A DNA stretch of 59,307 nucleotides, counting the filler, from Basidioascus undulatus (lineage: Eukaryota): the NCBI GenBank assembly GCA_000826855.1. It is 5 parts of 5 records of this genome, joined end to end, with 100 filler letters (N's around TTAATTAATTAA, not from the genome) between each part and the next. Parts side by side here need not be neighbours in the genome. Positions count along the whole stretch, not along the records: positions 1 to 10,522 come from JTLS01001114.1; positions 10,623 to 21,147 come from JTLS01001115.1; 3 more parts are not named here. One strand, written 5' to 3'. The translations under genes and the position numbers were made by a program. This document shows positions 1 to 12,581 of the stretch, in pieces. The number at the start of each line of letters is the position of its first letter. The first letter of the stretch is position 1. A model generated the notes under the pieces. That model worked only from the letters and a program-made list of their open reading frames with translations, did not search any database and was not told the DNA's origin.

Positions 1-1407
1 GCCGGGGCCGTAGAGGACGTCGAGCTCGGTTATCTGAGCGAGGCGAGAAGGGGGGAGGGGGGAGGGGAGAGAAATGGGGAGGTCAGCGGTAGTGAGAAGA
101 TAGAAGAGGGAGAGAGCGCGACGTACTGGCTCGGGGTAGTCGGAGGAAGAGGTAGAGGAAGAAGTGGAAGGCGCGAGGCGGTAGTACAGCGATGCGGGCG
201 GGGGGGAGTGGCGCAGGCCCTGGTCGTCCCGTCCCAGCGCGTCAGCCCAAGTCCAATTGCCCCGCCAACAACGACCTCGATGCGGGAAAAAAGAAGGGGA
301 GAGAGAAGGACCAACGCACAGTCCGCAACCCCTCCCCAGCCTTGTGCCATTCCTCCTTCGGCGTCAGGCCCGCCAGCGCTTCCTTGTCGTCGTCCAGCAC
401 GATGCGGAGGTCCACGATGGGGGGGGCGTCGTAGCGGCGGGAACTGGGCGGGGGTTTACTCCTTATCAGTCTGCTGTGCGTACGACGCGCAGGTAAAAAA
501 GGGAAGCAAGAAAGGGAGAAGGGAAGGGGGAAGGGGAAGACGGAGAGTGGGAGATGGAGAGGAGGAGGGAGAGTGGGAACTGGAGGGAAAAGAAAAGCGG
601 AAGGAGGGAGAGGAGAGGAGAGGAGAGAGAAGCACCGGCGATAGTACGCATAAAGCCACGCCAGCCCACCCTGCATGTTCAGGTCTGCCCCGACGCGCAC
701 CCACTTCCCGAGACGGGCGTCGTCGGCGGGCGTGCTTTTCTATTGTGTCCCCGAGCCAATGTGAGTGAGTTCGCTGCTGTGGAGAGAAGGAGGAAACGGA
801 GGCAAGGGAACGGAAAGAGGATGGGACGGGGAACGGAAGGAGGAGGGAAGGAGGAGCGGGGCGAAAGGAGGTGGGTAAAGGAGAAAGGAGAGAGAGAGAG
901 GAACACCCACAGGCATGCATATATCAAAGTACGGCGTAGGCGGGATGCGGCACGACTTGATCGTTATTGCGGTAAGCGGCGTGCGGTGCGGGAGGATGGG
1001 GTTCCAGATGTCCAATCTGCCCATAGCCACCCATCAGCTTCCCCCTCCCTTGCCTTCGCAGCACCGACCCAAAAATCTCACGGTGCTTCAACAAAATTCT
1101 CCTCCTCCCCCTGGCCATGCTCCAACCCCTCCGACCCGTTAACGGGTACCGTCTTGCCCCCCTCCCAGAACCCTTCTCCTTCCCCTCCCGCCTGCGCGTC
1201 CTCCAGCCAGATGGCGTCCCACTTCTGCCACCCGATCTTCGAGCGCGTAGGCGTATGCGTGGGCGGGGATTGCAGCGCGAGGTGGAAGGTGAGGAATGCT
1301 GCGATGGAGAGGACGGCGAGGAGGGAGGGGAGGGTGCGCTTGGAGGGGAGGAGGCGCGAGAGGAAGCGGCGCCAGAGGGGGGGAGAGGGGGAGGGGTGGA
1401 GCGCCAT
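1..1407 (-). CDS. DCR2-like calcineurin-like metallophosphoesterase, N-terminal exons (gene runs off the window start)
   Basis: ATG at 1407 (MALHPSPSP..., TM segment LLAVLSIAAFLTFHLAL). Spliced exons give LDIWNPILPHRTPLTAITIKSC, GKWVRVGADLNMQGGLAWLYAYYRR, PIVDLRIVL...EEWHK and ITELDVLYG. These match my recollection of the N-terminus of basidiomycete DCR2-type phosphatases. The catalytic domain lies outside the window. Confidence 0.7.
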
Positions 1408-1716
1408 GAGGGCTGCTCGGGTAGAACACAGAGAAAGACAGAGAAATGTAGGGATTTGAGGAGGAGGAGCGGTTGAGGATGAGATGGAGGATGAGATGGA
1501 GCTCGAGTCAAGGCGCAATCACATGCCAGCATGTCCACTGTCTGCCTGTCTGTCTGTCTGTTTGTTTTGTCCGCGGACTATCCTTGTAATACCCCCGGTC
1601 TTCAGTCTGCGGTTTGCCTTCCCCTGCGCCTTCTCGCCTCCCACCACATCCCAACTATTCGCATACTCTCTCGCTGTCTTCGTTTTTGCCTCACAACCCC
1701 TGATACGATACACAGC
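1408..1716. promoter_or_regulatory. Probable bidirectional promoter (DCR2-like / bL32m)
   Basis: 309 bp between divergent ATGs at 1407(-) and 1717(+); contains a (TCTG)n tract near 1540-1565. Confidence 0.5.
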
Positions 1717-2257
1717 ATGGCCTCCCTCGCCCTCCCCTTCCGCACCCTGCGCCCTCGCCCGCTCCTCGCCCTCTCCCTCCCTCTGCCCACCCTCCGCCTC
1801 GCCCTCCCCACTCTCACGCTCCCCGTGCCCTCGCTCCTCGGCGACCTGTGGGAAGGCATTTTGCGCGCCGTCCCGTTCGTCGGACATGTTCGAAGATTGA
1901 GGGTGGGGAGGGGTGCTGATCGTACTGCGGCAACAGGAAGAAGAAGGTCTCGCACTCGCGCAAGGCGATGCGGTCGGCGGGGAAGGGGCCGAAGGACCGA
2001 AAAGGTGCGCTCTTTCTCCTTCTCCCTCTCCCCTTCCTCCTCTCCTTCTCCCTCTTCCCGCTCTCCTCCATCTTTATCCTCTTCCCTCCCTCCCCTGCGT
2101 AAACCGGCCGGGCTCACGTTCGTTCGCCCAAGACATCGTCCACTGCCCCGCGACCGGCGCGCCCAAGCGCGCACACCACCTCTCCCCCGAGCTCTACCAC
2201 GAGATCACGCGCGAGTGGAAGGCTTCTCAGCGCGCGGCGGAGGGGGGCGCGGCATGA
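1717..2257 (+). CDS. MRPL32: Mitochondrial ribosomal protein bL32m
   Basis: Arg/Leu-rich presequence, then ILRAVP|KKKVSHSRKAMRSAGKGPKDRK|DIVHCPATGAPKRAHHLSPELY. GT-AG introns at 1875-1936 and 2005-2132; TGA at 2255-2257. AVPKKKVSHSRK is the L32 signature. Confidence 0.92.
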
Positions 2258-4710
2258 CGGGTCTTCTGTTGGAGGTCGTGGTCGGGGGAGGAGGGCGGTG
2301 GGAGGGCGGACGGGGACATGATACAGCTTCTCGAGCACTCGTGGTTCGCAGGTGGACCGCAGCTGATCCTTCTATGCTGCTGATGTTGGATACGTTGATC
2401 GATCGCCTCGCACACTTGACGTCTTCGAAGGACTCGACGGTGCGGCCGAAGCGGCACGGCCCTTGCAGCTCCCGAGCCGACACACGGCGCTCTACACGCT
2501 CATCTACCCGTCATTCGCTCACTCTCGCGTCTAATGCGGCTCCCGCTCTCGCTTTCGACCTCACACGCACCCGCTCATCGCTTCCTCAAAAGTAAGGGGG
2601 CCACGCACGCCGCGCTTGATTCACAGCCGCGTCCTCATCCTCACCCTCACCCACACTCCCATCTCGATCCCCACCCTTTTCCTCCACGTGCTATACCGCA
2701 TCCCACCCGTGCGCAATACCCCACACTCATTCACGACGCCTTCACGACTTCGATACACGCTTGTCATCCTCGCATCCACCCAGGCCTCCCCGCTCCCGTA
2801 CGCTTGCTCCGGTCACCGCACTCCGTTCCACACTCACTGACAGCGCAGTCGAGCATGTCTACGTCCTCGCCCCGTCCCCGTCCTCATGCTCGCATTGCAT
2901 CAGACACCAGCTAGCTGTTTAACTCGGCCGAGCCGCTGCGACATCCCGGCACTCCCCGCAAACTGGACACTACTGCCCGAGGTGCTGAAGCGACTCCAGT
3001 TTCTTGGAGCGTAGTTGGCGGAGGAGTCTAGATAGGGATGTGGATTGAGAACGGGCAGCGGACGTGCAGAGGGGAGGGAAACGGGCAGCAGGGATGCGTG
3101 CGTGCGCGGTACGCTGCGTGACGGCTTTTGCTCCGATGCACATACCGCGGTGCATCCTTATAACTGCACGAGTGTTTGCCGCCGGTGGGCTTCTCAAGAC
3201 GTTCAAGTCGTTGAGGTTGGTTGAGGCTAGAAGTTCACCGAACCAGCCTGCACTGCACTGCAGCGACTTGGGGCCACAGCAGCAAAACTGCGACATAATG
3301 AAATGTTGCATGACAAACCTGCGCCTCTATCCTCGTGCTCAACAACCGGGCAGTTCATCACCACTGCGCTCAAAGGCCCAACTTCCTGTGGGCCGCCGGC
3401 GCTTCGGAGCTGCCGACCCCCATCATCCTCCCGATTCTGCGACCTCGCGTGTCATCAGTCAAGCCTTCTACACCAAGAAAGTAATAATGGCGAATTAACT
3501 CTTTCAGATAATCCCCACAGTGCCGTTATTACAGAACCTAGATGAGATGCTTCCCCCGAACCTCAGGAGGTTGCAACGACACACTGCAGTACGTGAGACG
3601 CTAGCTCATGCAGTCCGGATGCGGGGTATCCGGTCTTCTTGTTTATTTTTCCCCTTATTTTGAGTACAGCTACATAATAAAAATTTCTGAGGTGATTATC
3701 ACTTTGATTATCAAGCCAGCATTTGTTCCCATGCCATCGCCATGCCAACGATGCTCGCTGCACCTTTTCACCCGCATTCGTATATTTTCGGGCAGCCAAA
3801 CATAAGTTTGATAAGATGCCAATACCTACTTTCCCCCCGGAAGCAGCTTCTCAGCTCATAACTACCTTGGTTGTGACAAGCGTACGTGCGGCGCCATGGC
3901 AGCGTCCGGTTCTCACAAAGAATTGGAACGCAAGGTGCGACAGTGCAGGCCACTGTAATACACTGGCCGTGTAACACCTGGATACCGACAGCTAATCCCG
4001 GGCTGTCTTGTGGAGCCTAATTTTTTCCCCCCTGAACACGCGGTGGGGAGCGCAGCCGCCGTCGAAAGCCCACCAGACTTTGCCCTCAGAAGTTCGAGCC
4101 ACGCTGGAGGTAATTCTATCTATTTAATGCAATGGAACCGTACATTCTTGTTCTCCGCATCCATCTTGTGGTATTTACTTGGTCTCACTAGGGGTCTACG
4201 GGTCCACGCAGTTGCGTCACTCGGCAAACTCAGATCAACAACTTCTTGATGTCTTGCAGGCCTCGCTAAGGCTAACCTGATCAATTCTGGACCGTCTCTC
4301 ATGAGTACGCAATGTCATTCTATATCTCATCCTGCGTTTTGTGGCATGATCATATTGTCCTTGTCGTCTCACGGGCACGCCAGAAAGCTGAGCCCCCTTC
4401 GACGTTTATCTGTGTGCGTGACTCACAAGCCCGGCCGGTTTGCGCGTCAAAAATTGCAATGGAGTGGTTACTTTAAGTACAAGACCTACAGTCGAAGCTT
4501 TCTCCATGCGTGCTCCCTATTCCTCATCCCAGCGCCGTTCCTCCCCTCCCACTTCTCTCGCCCCCTCCCAGGCGCTTTCCCAACCAACCCTTCTTTCTGC
4601 AAGCTCTCTCTCCAATCACCTTCCTGAAATCTTCAAAGTCAAGCCCAACCATACCCCTGCGCCGGCCCCGCGGCGGCCGACGTCGGCTGCCGGGACGCGT
4701 GATAGTACGC

Positions 4711-5963
4711 CTAGGCCGTCGCTTGCGGGATCGGCTGAGTGGCATAGGCGGACGCAGACTGTCTTCCGCCTGGAATCCAGTACGAGGCTGCCTGGGGACC
4801 GGGATACGGATGGGACGGGGTGGGATAGAATGCAGGCGGAGGCGGCGGCGGAGGCTGCCAGGAAGGAGGGGGAGGCGGGTAGGTTGTGTAGGTATGAGGG
4901 TATCCTTGAGGAGGAAGCGGCTGCTGGTTTGAATAAGTCTGCGCGAGAGGGGGGTACGTCGAGTGCGGCTGAGGCTGGAGTACGCACAGTACGGCTGAGG
5001 CTGCCCATGGGCGTAAGGCTGCAGCTGCAAGGCCGGAGACGGGACAGACGGCGCCTGCAATTGAGCGTACCCTGACGTATATGGAGCCCATGAGGTGCCT
5101 GAGCAGGAGCTGGAGCAGCTCGAACCCCGGGATACGAAGAGTAGGCTCCGGGCGCGCGCAGAGGCTGGGCGAAGCGAACAGGCGAAGACCGCCTGCAGTA
5201 GAGACCGTCCCGTCTACCGGGTGCCAGTACGTCGGAGTAGAGTACTCAACCGAAGCAGACCCTCCAATTGGCGATTGGTAGAACGCCGAACCAGCAAGAA
5301 TAGCAGGGAGACGCTCGACAGTGGGCGAAGACTGATAAAGCGGCAGGGCGACCGCAGCCGTGGTCTGAGCTGAGTCCGAAAGGTTCGGGACGTGAATCTG
5401 TGTAAAATCCCGCTAAGACAAAAAAACATTGTGGATTTCCGGTCAGTACGGAAGAGATCGTACATTCCCAAGAGCGGTGGACGGCGGTGCCGGCCCCCCG
5501 GGGTGGCCCGTGGTCAGTGGCGTGCACCGTGGCGAAATGCCACACAGCGTCCCGCAGAGCGTACTTCATTTCGGGAAGGCTCTCCGAAAGGACCGGAAGT
5601 GACGTCCTCCAGCGGTAGTACTTCGTGGTCTTGGGCCACACGAGGTGGTGGAGAAGCGAGCGCCACGGCTGGTAGAGACCGGCGTTATCCATGGGCCGAA
5701 CCTCGGCTTGGATAGCGGTGTACACGAGCTTGTAGAGCTCTCGGCCCCTGTGAGTTATAAGTATACTCAGCTCCAAGCCAGCCAGGGGATGATTTCCTCC
5801 CGCTTACTCCGACGCCGCCCAAAGCAGATCCAAGAGGACGCCCCCTCGGCGCCTGAAGCGGCGCTGCATCCAGCCCGGCGTGGAGGACGTAGTCGTTGAG
5901 ATCATGCGCCCATCTGTGTAGATCGAGGGCGGATTGTATTTTCTGGATTGGAGGAGCTTGCAT
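4711..5963 (-). pseudogene. Degenerate hypothetical gene with Pro/Gln/Tyr-rich C-terminus
   Basis: ATG at 5963 (MQAPPIQKIQ...), GT-AG introns near 5748-5807 and 5413-5463. Protein-like segments (GRELYKLVYTAIQAEVR..., ...YPPPPPSWQPPPPPPPAFYP...) need frame changes to join. No family recognised. Confidence 0.35.
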
Positions 5964-6597
5964 CGTCACGGCGGGAGTAAGAGGAAGTGGTGATGGTAGT
6001 GGTGGAAGGGCAGGGTCGAGGTGTGCCTGAATCGCCGTCGCCGCCGCGCGGACGGGCAGGAGCCACAAATCGGTGGACAGCCCGCCTGCTTCCTGCTTGC
6101 TTGCTTGGGTCCAAAATAATATAAAAGTGCCCATATTCGGTTCATACGTCGGTTTTCGCAAGACTGCCTCCATAAGCATGTGGACGCGCAGGAAGGTCAT
6201 CTTCAGCTACGTTTCTGAGCAACCTCGCAAAAGCTCTGTAAAGAATGGTATTTCTTAAAAAATAAAAGGGTTCCTCTCCTCGTAACATGCACCTAAAGCT
6301 TCTGATGCCATGCCCGCCGGCTAAATGAGACGGGCCAAAGCATCAAATGTGCTACGCAACACCTGCATGCAGTCATCCCACGTAGAATGGAGTTTTTAGG
6401 TAAATTTGGCTTAGGAATACAAAAGTTTTACCGAAGAGGCAAAGTTTTGGAACAGCAGGTATCTCTATCTACGCACAGAAGAAGGAGGCGGCATAGACGC
6501 TGCTGCGCACGCTGGCACCATGGCTCCACTCCTTAACGCAAGAACTCAAGCAAACGTTCAAGTGTATCCCGGTAGTTCTCTTAGTTCAAAACTCGCC

Positions 6598-9248
6598 TCA
6601 AATAACGTAACGGAAACCCTCTGCCTTGTCGGCGTCCGCCAACGTGTCGGGTCTCTCGCCCTGGACAGGCTGTCGAATCGGGATGAGGAACTCAGTAAAG
6701 ACCAGAAGGCAGGTTTGGAAGGACTATGACACACCTTCCCCTCTTTGCGGTCCCTGTTCCGGTTGACGTACCACAACGCAATGCTCTGGACGGTTGCCAG
6801 GAAGGCAGCCCAGAAGGCAAAGGCCTGCACGTCCGACTCAGCATGCACTTTCTCGCCAGCTGTGAACTGGGACGGGCTTACCATGCAGACTGAGAAGCCT
6901 TTCGTGTATTTGGGCTTGTCCGGGGACGGGTAGATGTAGGATCCGAGAACGCTCATGCCGTGGCCGACGCTGCAAGAAAGGGAAGAAAGGGTGATTGTCA
7001 ATTTGTCAGAGTGGGACCGTTAAAGGTTGTACCCCATTGAGAGGTTGTACGTACGTATTCAACATGGCAAGGGAAACTGCCCGCTTAGACTCGCTACCAG
7101 AGTTGTTGGATGTCCATGCCCTATAGAAACGCGGTCTTCCGTCAGCCTGCGAAAAGAGGCTGTTCGCCGAACCATCGTCGCTCACATTGCAAGCGGAATG
7201 CCGGCTACAGGACGATGCGGGTCAGATCTCAGAGGAAACCAAAAGGCTATTATATGGAAAGCTCTCACTGTAGGTTCCCATGACCGCGAGGAAGACGGCC
7301 GCGTACCTCGCGTGATATGCGTTCGGGCTCGTCCCCAGGAGGATGGCGTAGCCAGAGCCTGAAATGAGCAACATGGTCGCGATGAAGGGCCCACGGAGCT
7401 TGAGGCGGTCGGATGCGACCGCAACGCAAATCATGACCTACTCGAGGAATGCGATCAGTTACATCGTGCCATCAACATAGTTGTCCAAGCTCAACGTACC
7501 ACACCAGCGACGGCGTACGGCGGAACACTGTTGGAAAGGTCAGCAAACCGATCTTCTAATTTATCAACCCGAATGGGAGACCAAGGGCACTCACGTGAAG
7601 AGCTGTGCATCTGCGCCTTCATAACCGAAGCTCGAGACGATCGTGGGCAAGAAGTTTGAGATGGATGATAGGGCAACGTTCAAGCCCTGGTACATGAGAG
7701 CGACTGGGGCGGGGGGGAAGTGAGTATATTGAACAGCCATGCCAGATTAGCGGGAAGGCTGCCTACCCATCCAGACACGCCAGTCATATGCCGCAGAGAA
7801 AGCATGCTTCCAGTTGATCTGTCCGGTCGTCTCACCAGACACCTCCCGGTTAATGCGGGCGTGTGCTGCAGTTCCGGGAATTAGCCAATTGCTGTTGATC
7901 AAATAAAAAGTAAGAAGGTGTCCTGACCAAGAGCGCGCTCTTCTTCATTCAAGATGCGAGTAGTTTCGATGCGACCGGGAAGGAGAATGAGGACGAGTAT
8001 GCCGAGGAGAATTGTCGGAAGACCCTGAACCCACCCTTGTCAGGCCTCGGCCCAAGGTGGGAAGTTAAAGGTACTCTCACCTCAATGAGGAACAAAATAC
8101 GCCAAGTCGCGATGTGGGACTTGATGTGCTGTACGCCGTATGCGATCTTGACGAGGGCGGTGGGTCAGCTTGACCCGCATTCATAAGGGAGCTGCCAACG
8201 CACCAAGCCGGAGAAGGAGCCAGAAAGTGGTGCAGCCGCGATGAAAATTGTTGTACGAACGCCGATCTCTGACTTGAGGTACCAAGAGGAGTAATAAAAG
8301 GGAACCACAGGGCCGAAGCCAGCCTCCGCGAAACCCAACAAGAACCTGCAAACAAGGATTCCGGGATAGTTGAACGCAAACTGCAGTTCATGCGTCAGCA
8401 TTGATCTTGGATGTTGAACAGCAAGTATAGGAGCGATAACACTTACCGCCTGCAGCGCCGAGCTAAGCCCCCAGATGATCGTCACAATTCCTATCACAAT
8501 GTTCGGAGGGAATCGTTTCGCAGTAAGAGTAAGGGGAATCTCTGTCGAAAGAGTCAGCTTGTATGAAGTCAACAGATGGATCCAGGTAACGAACGGAAGA
8601 CGAGGTATCTGCCCGCAAAGCACATCAGCTGCAACACCAATGGGGCCACGAAGGGAAAAACTCACGAAATGTAGAAGAAGGCGGAAAGCAAGGCATACTT
8701 CTTGCCGTTCTCATCTCCGCCCAGAATGTCCCCTACATAGCAGACAGACAGTCAACGAGGCGTACTCGCAAATGGAAAATGTCGCCGAGAAACGCACCGA
8801 CGAGGCCTTGAATTTTCGCGTTTCCAAGCTGGTCTCGCCCTCGTCCAACATCAGCTCCGGAGCGTCGAAGCTAACAAACCCTCACATTTCCGCGATCAAG
8901 GTATGCCGCCAGATAAAGCAGAGTAGTAAGGGGCATGATCCACATGTCGAGCTGCCCGGGTCACAGTGCCTGTCCGTCAACTGAAGTTGCGCTTCGCAGG
9001 GCGCCCTCCGTACGACTCACCTTTCGTACCAGCCTTCTCTCCGCTGCCTTCCACTCGGATCCTGTGCGCCCAAGCTGGCTCTCCCCACCGGTGCTGGATA
9101 TCCCCGCATCGCTTTTGGAGGGGATTTCGCTGATCGATGCGCCGGACGCAGCGTTGTAGCGGGGGGTGGTTGGTCCCCCCAGCTGCTCATGGTGCGAGTG
9201 CGTGACGACCTTTTCGGGGTCGACGTCAAATTTTGCTGACTTCTTCAT
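6598..9248 (-). CDS. MFS transporter, anion:cation symporter (DAL5/TNA1 allantoate/nicotinate permease) family, multi-exon
   Basis: ERRLVRK|LDMWIMP..YLDRGN, GNAKIQGL, RFLLGFAEAGFGP..YYSSWYLKSEIGVR, WRILFLIEGLPT, DKPKYTKGF, C-terminal GFRYVI-TGA. The exons I traced join in frame via GT-AG introns. Confidence 0.92.
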
Positions 9249-10218
9249 TGTAAACAGGAGCGTGAAAGTGTGCAAGATTGAACAGAGAAGTGTCTGCAGG
9301 GTTCAGCCCGCATAGGGCCTTTATGTGTCTGGCGTTGTGCCATCGTCCCGAGTCGGCGTAGGCCCCTTGGCCTATCAGTGCAGGAACAGTCTCGCTCGCT
9401 AAGCCGATCCGAGAATCCACTGAATGCGGGGCACCAAAGATGTACTGAGCAGCTGATCGTCTGAGAATGCTGATCGTCGCTGAGGCATGCGTACACGTCG
9501 CCGGCTACTGACGGGACATGGCAACATTCAGGCGACTGTGACACGCTCGGACTGCTGCAAGGGGAGGGCGTGGTCCAAGAATAGCATTCTCAGCGGACAA
9601 ATAGCTCTGCCAGTATCGGTGTTTTGGCTTGCGGGTGTCTTGCGACAGCGGCAAAGTGGTGCTCACAAGACAACGTCCCAGTGAGGCCCGCGGCAATCGG
9701 CCCGGTGCGACCGAGGTGCACCTTGTCCTTCTCTATTGCCAGCACATTTGCAGTCATTGTACTCGAGTACGGCGGATCAATCAGAGGGCCAAGAGGCCAT
9801 TATCAGGTGTCTGCTCGACAGTGACCAGGTGTCATGGGCCTGGCGCTTGTATTGTACGAATCGGTCTCCTGAACTGGAACGACTTACAACCACAGCGATG
9901 CAACATGAAGTCCAACCCGAACTTTTTGCGTTGTGTACCTTTAGGATTATGAATTGAATACCTTGCTATTGGAATTTTTATTGGAAAGGTATTTGTGCAT
10001 GGCTGTTTGATAAGTGTTGTTTTGCCACCGCAAGGGCTGAGTCCACCAGCTTGACGGTTGGCAGGAGCTCGACTGTATACAGTACAGTGCGAGAACCTTC
10101 CCTCTATATAACAGGGAATTGGAAACGAGAATACCCCCAAACAAAGATGTAAAGTAGATAGCGGTACAGTGTACAGAGATTAAGCGTTGTCGGCGCCTGT
10201 GCCCCCCGGAGTGACCCC

Positions 10219-10470
10219 CTACACATCCACCAGCTCGTACCTAGCGCGCTGAGCGGCGGGAGCAACCGTCCCTTTGCCTAGCAGCGCGACGTTCCTCTGC
10301 CATGCGTCATCACCCCACCCGAGCACAACTAAAAGCCCGAACGTGGCAGCGGCTGCGGGATGGGATACAAGGTCAATATTCATCGTCCGTGCTGGATGAG
10401 TGGACATGGGACTCATAGAGTAAGAGATTTAACCAGGTCAAGGCTGTGCCGCCTTTGTACCATTCGCATG
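10219..10470 (-). CDS. 3' end of an unidentified membrane-protein gene truncated by the gap
   Basis: After a branch site and TAG acceptor: CEWYKGGTALTWLNLLL; after a CAG acceptor: AATFGLLVVLGWGDDAWQRNV...DV-TAG. The join needs an atypical donor. Confidence 0.3.
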
Positions 10471-10522
10471 CTATGCAAGGCCGGGGAACTGCTTAGCACG
10501 CCCGTCGTGCAAGCGCAGAGAG

Positions 10523-10622
10523 NNNNNNNNNNNNNNNNNNNNNNNNNNNNNNNNNNNNNNNNNNNNTTAATTAATTAANNNNNNNNNNNNNNNNNNNNNN
10601 NNNNNNNNNNNNNNNNNNNNNN
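10523..10622. other. Artificial contig spacer (44 N + TTAATTAATTAA + 44 N)
   Basis: The 12-mer at 10567-10578 gives stops in all six frames; the identical structure occurs four times. Confidence 0.98.
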
Positions 10623-10838
10623 CTCCTTGGCCTCCTGCCTGCTGGCCACCGCCATTCCCCTTCCCACCGTTCCTCCCCTCCCCTCACCTTCCCCCTTCCT
10701 CTATCGAACCTCCTCTCTGTTCATCCCCTCCTTCTTTCTCCTCCCACCATTTCCTCCGCTGTCTTCTCATCCAGTGCCTTTCTCCCTTCGTGCCAAGCAG
10801 CACTCGCTGACTTAATGGATTTTTTTTTGGTGAAACAG

Positions 10839-11269
10839 CATCGACACCATCAAGACGCGCATCCAGAAGGCGACCGCGCTCGAGGGCGAGACGGCCTGGA
10901 CGCGCATCACGACCGTCGCGGGCGACATGTGGAAGCAGGAGGGCTTCAAGGCGTTCTACAAGGGTCCGTTTGCGTCTCCCCTCTCCCCTTCTCCCCAGCC
11001 CTCTCTTGTTCTTTTCTTTCTTTTCCGAGAAGAGAGCTGACACGACGCTATGGGACACAACCAGGCATCACCCCCCGTGTCCTCCGTGTCGCGCCCGGGC
11101 AGGCGATCGTGTTCACGGTGTATGAGCGCGTGAAGGTGCGTCTGCCTCTCATAAACACATGATATCCATGTGGTAGTCATGAGACTAATGTAACTTCGCT
11201 GTCCATCAATCACAGGGCATCATCGACCGCGTCAAAGAGACCGTGCACGAGTCGACGTACGACCACTGA
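10839..11269 (+). CDS. SFC1: Mitochondrial succinate/fumarate carrier, last three exons (5' part lost in gap)
   Basis: IDTIKTRIQK...DMWKQEGFKAFYKG|ITPRVLRVAPGQAIVFTVYERVK|GIIDRVKETVHESTYDH-TGA; introns 10964-11064 and 11136-11215. Third carrier repeat with the SFC1/ACR1-type RVAPGQA motif. Confidence 0.88.
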
Positions 11270-12581
11270 GCGGTCGTGTCCCCCCTTCGCTCGTCGCGAG
11301 GGACAGCTCGGGGTCTGGGAGAGAGGGTTGGAGGGAGGATGATTTGAGGGCATGGGAGGAGGAGGGGAGGGGGTGTGAGCACGACGAATCGACAAGACTT
11401 GACACACCCCGACGGACGATCGAGCTGCAGCTGGAGCATGTAGCGTGATCTTGGTCTTCTAGCGACTTTATTTGCATCGTGTTCGCTCTTATTTCACTTT
11501 TTGTGCGTATCTTGAGTTCTTTACTGTGCAGTCAGTCGGTCGGGAGTTGATCGTGTAGGCAGTGCGGGACGCACTTCGCTCTTGAAAGTGTAGATAGGTG
11601 CAGTAAGGGGATCTGGCTTCTACTGAAACGCATGATACTCTTGAAACTGTTTTCCAAGAATCCCGAAGGCGAAGTTGGATGGGGCTTGGGAGCGCCCGCT
11701 GCGGTCGCTTGAGGGACAGACGCAGGCGCGGGAGTGTGCGCCTACTATCGGCTGTGTTATCGTGCAGCACGTCGTGCGGAAAATGAAGTGATTAGGCTTG
11801 ATAATAAGCCTATGGTGCCTCGCTGCCGGACAAAAACGATGCGGCTCCTTGCGGTTGGCAGTGCACAAGCTATGGCGCGGTGTCCACCTGCCGACAGGTG
11901 AGCGTCTGGTCTTCATCTCCGTCCATACTACCGCCCTCAAACAATTCCACATACTGCGCAGTTGTAAATTCCTCCCTAGTGGGGTTCCCTTGGTGCTCAA
12001 ACCACTAGTCGCTGACAGACAGTTGACCGCCAGCTCAGCAAGCAAGCTCTTGACACGGTAGGAGCATCCATGCGCTCAGCCCAATTTTTTGGGCTGGACT
12101 TGTTAGCGCATTTTCATGGCTTTCAAAGAGTTCCACGGTATTTCTTGAATTTCATGGATCCTTCCCTTTCCCCTGTCGAGCCAGTGAGATGCGCCGGTCT
12201 GCTCGACCGTCCGTTCTCGAGTATCGCGGGTCGCTTTCCAGACCTTCTTCTGCGGCAGATCTTCTCGCAGCGCTTTATTAGGTTTGCGTGTCGCTCAGAA
12301 TATCTCACATCCTCAAGCGAAGCCGGAGCTTCGCCAGCAGATCCGGTGAGCCGCTACCCCCTCGACAGTACTTTATTGTCGACCTCCTTCGAGACAATGG
12401 GCGAGTTGCGCGAGCCGTTGCGATTTCGCCAAGATCAATTTTCACTCTTTCTCTATTGATGGGGGAAAAGTACAAGTCGAGGCTCAAGGGACATGGCGAG
12501 CAAGGTACATCCTCGAGCGTTTAGGTCGTCAGAGTTGCAGAGTCACCGAATCGTTCTCACACACCCGAGCTAGCAAGATTA

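Noticed and set aside
30..1540. Long overlapping Arg/Glu/Gly-rich and Pro/Ser-rich ORFs
   Set aside because: Shadows of CT-rich introns and GC-rich exons of the DCR2-like gene. The same applies to antisense ORFs over NKAP, SRPK and RRN6.
10567..10578. Repeated palindrome TTAATTAATTAA
   Set aside because: Synthetic six-frame-stop linker flanked by N runs; not biological.
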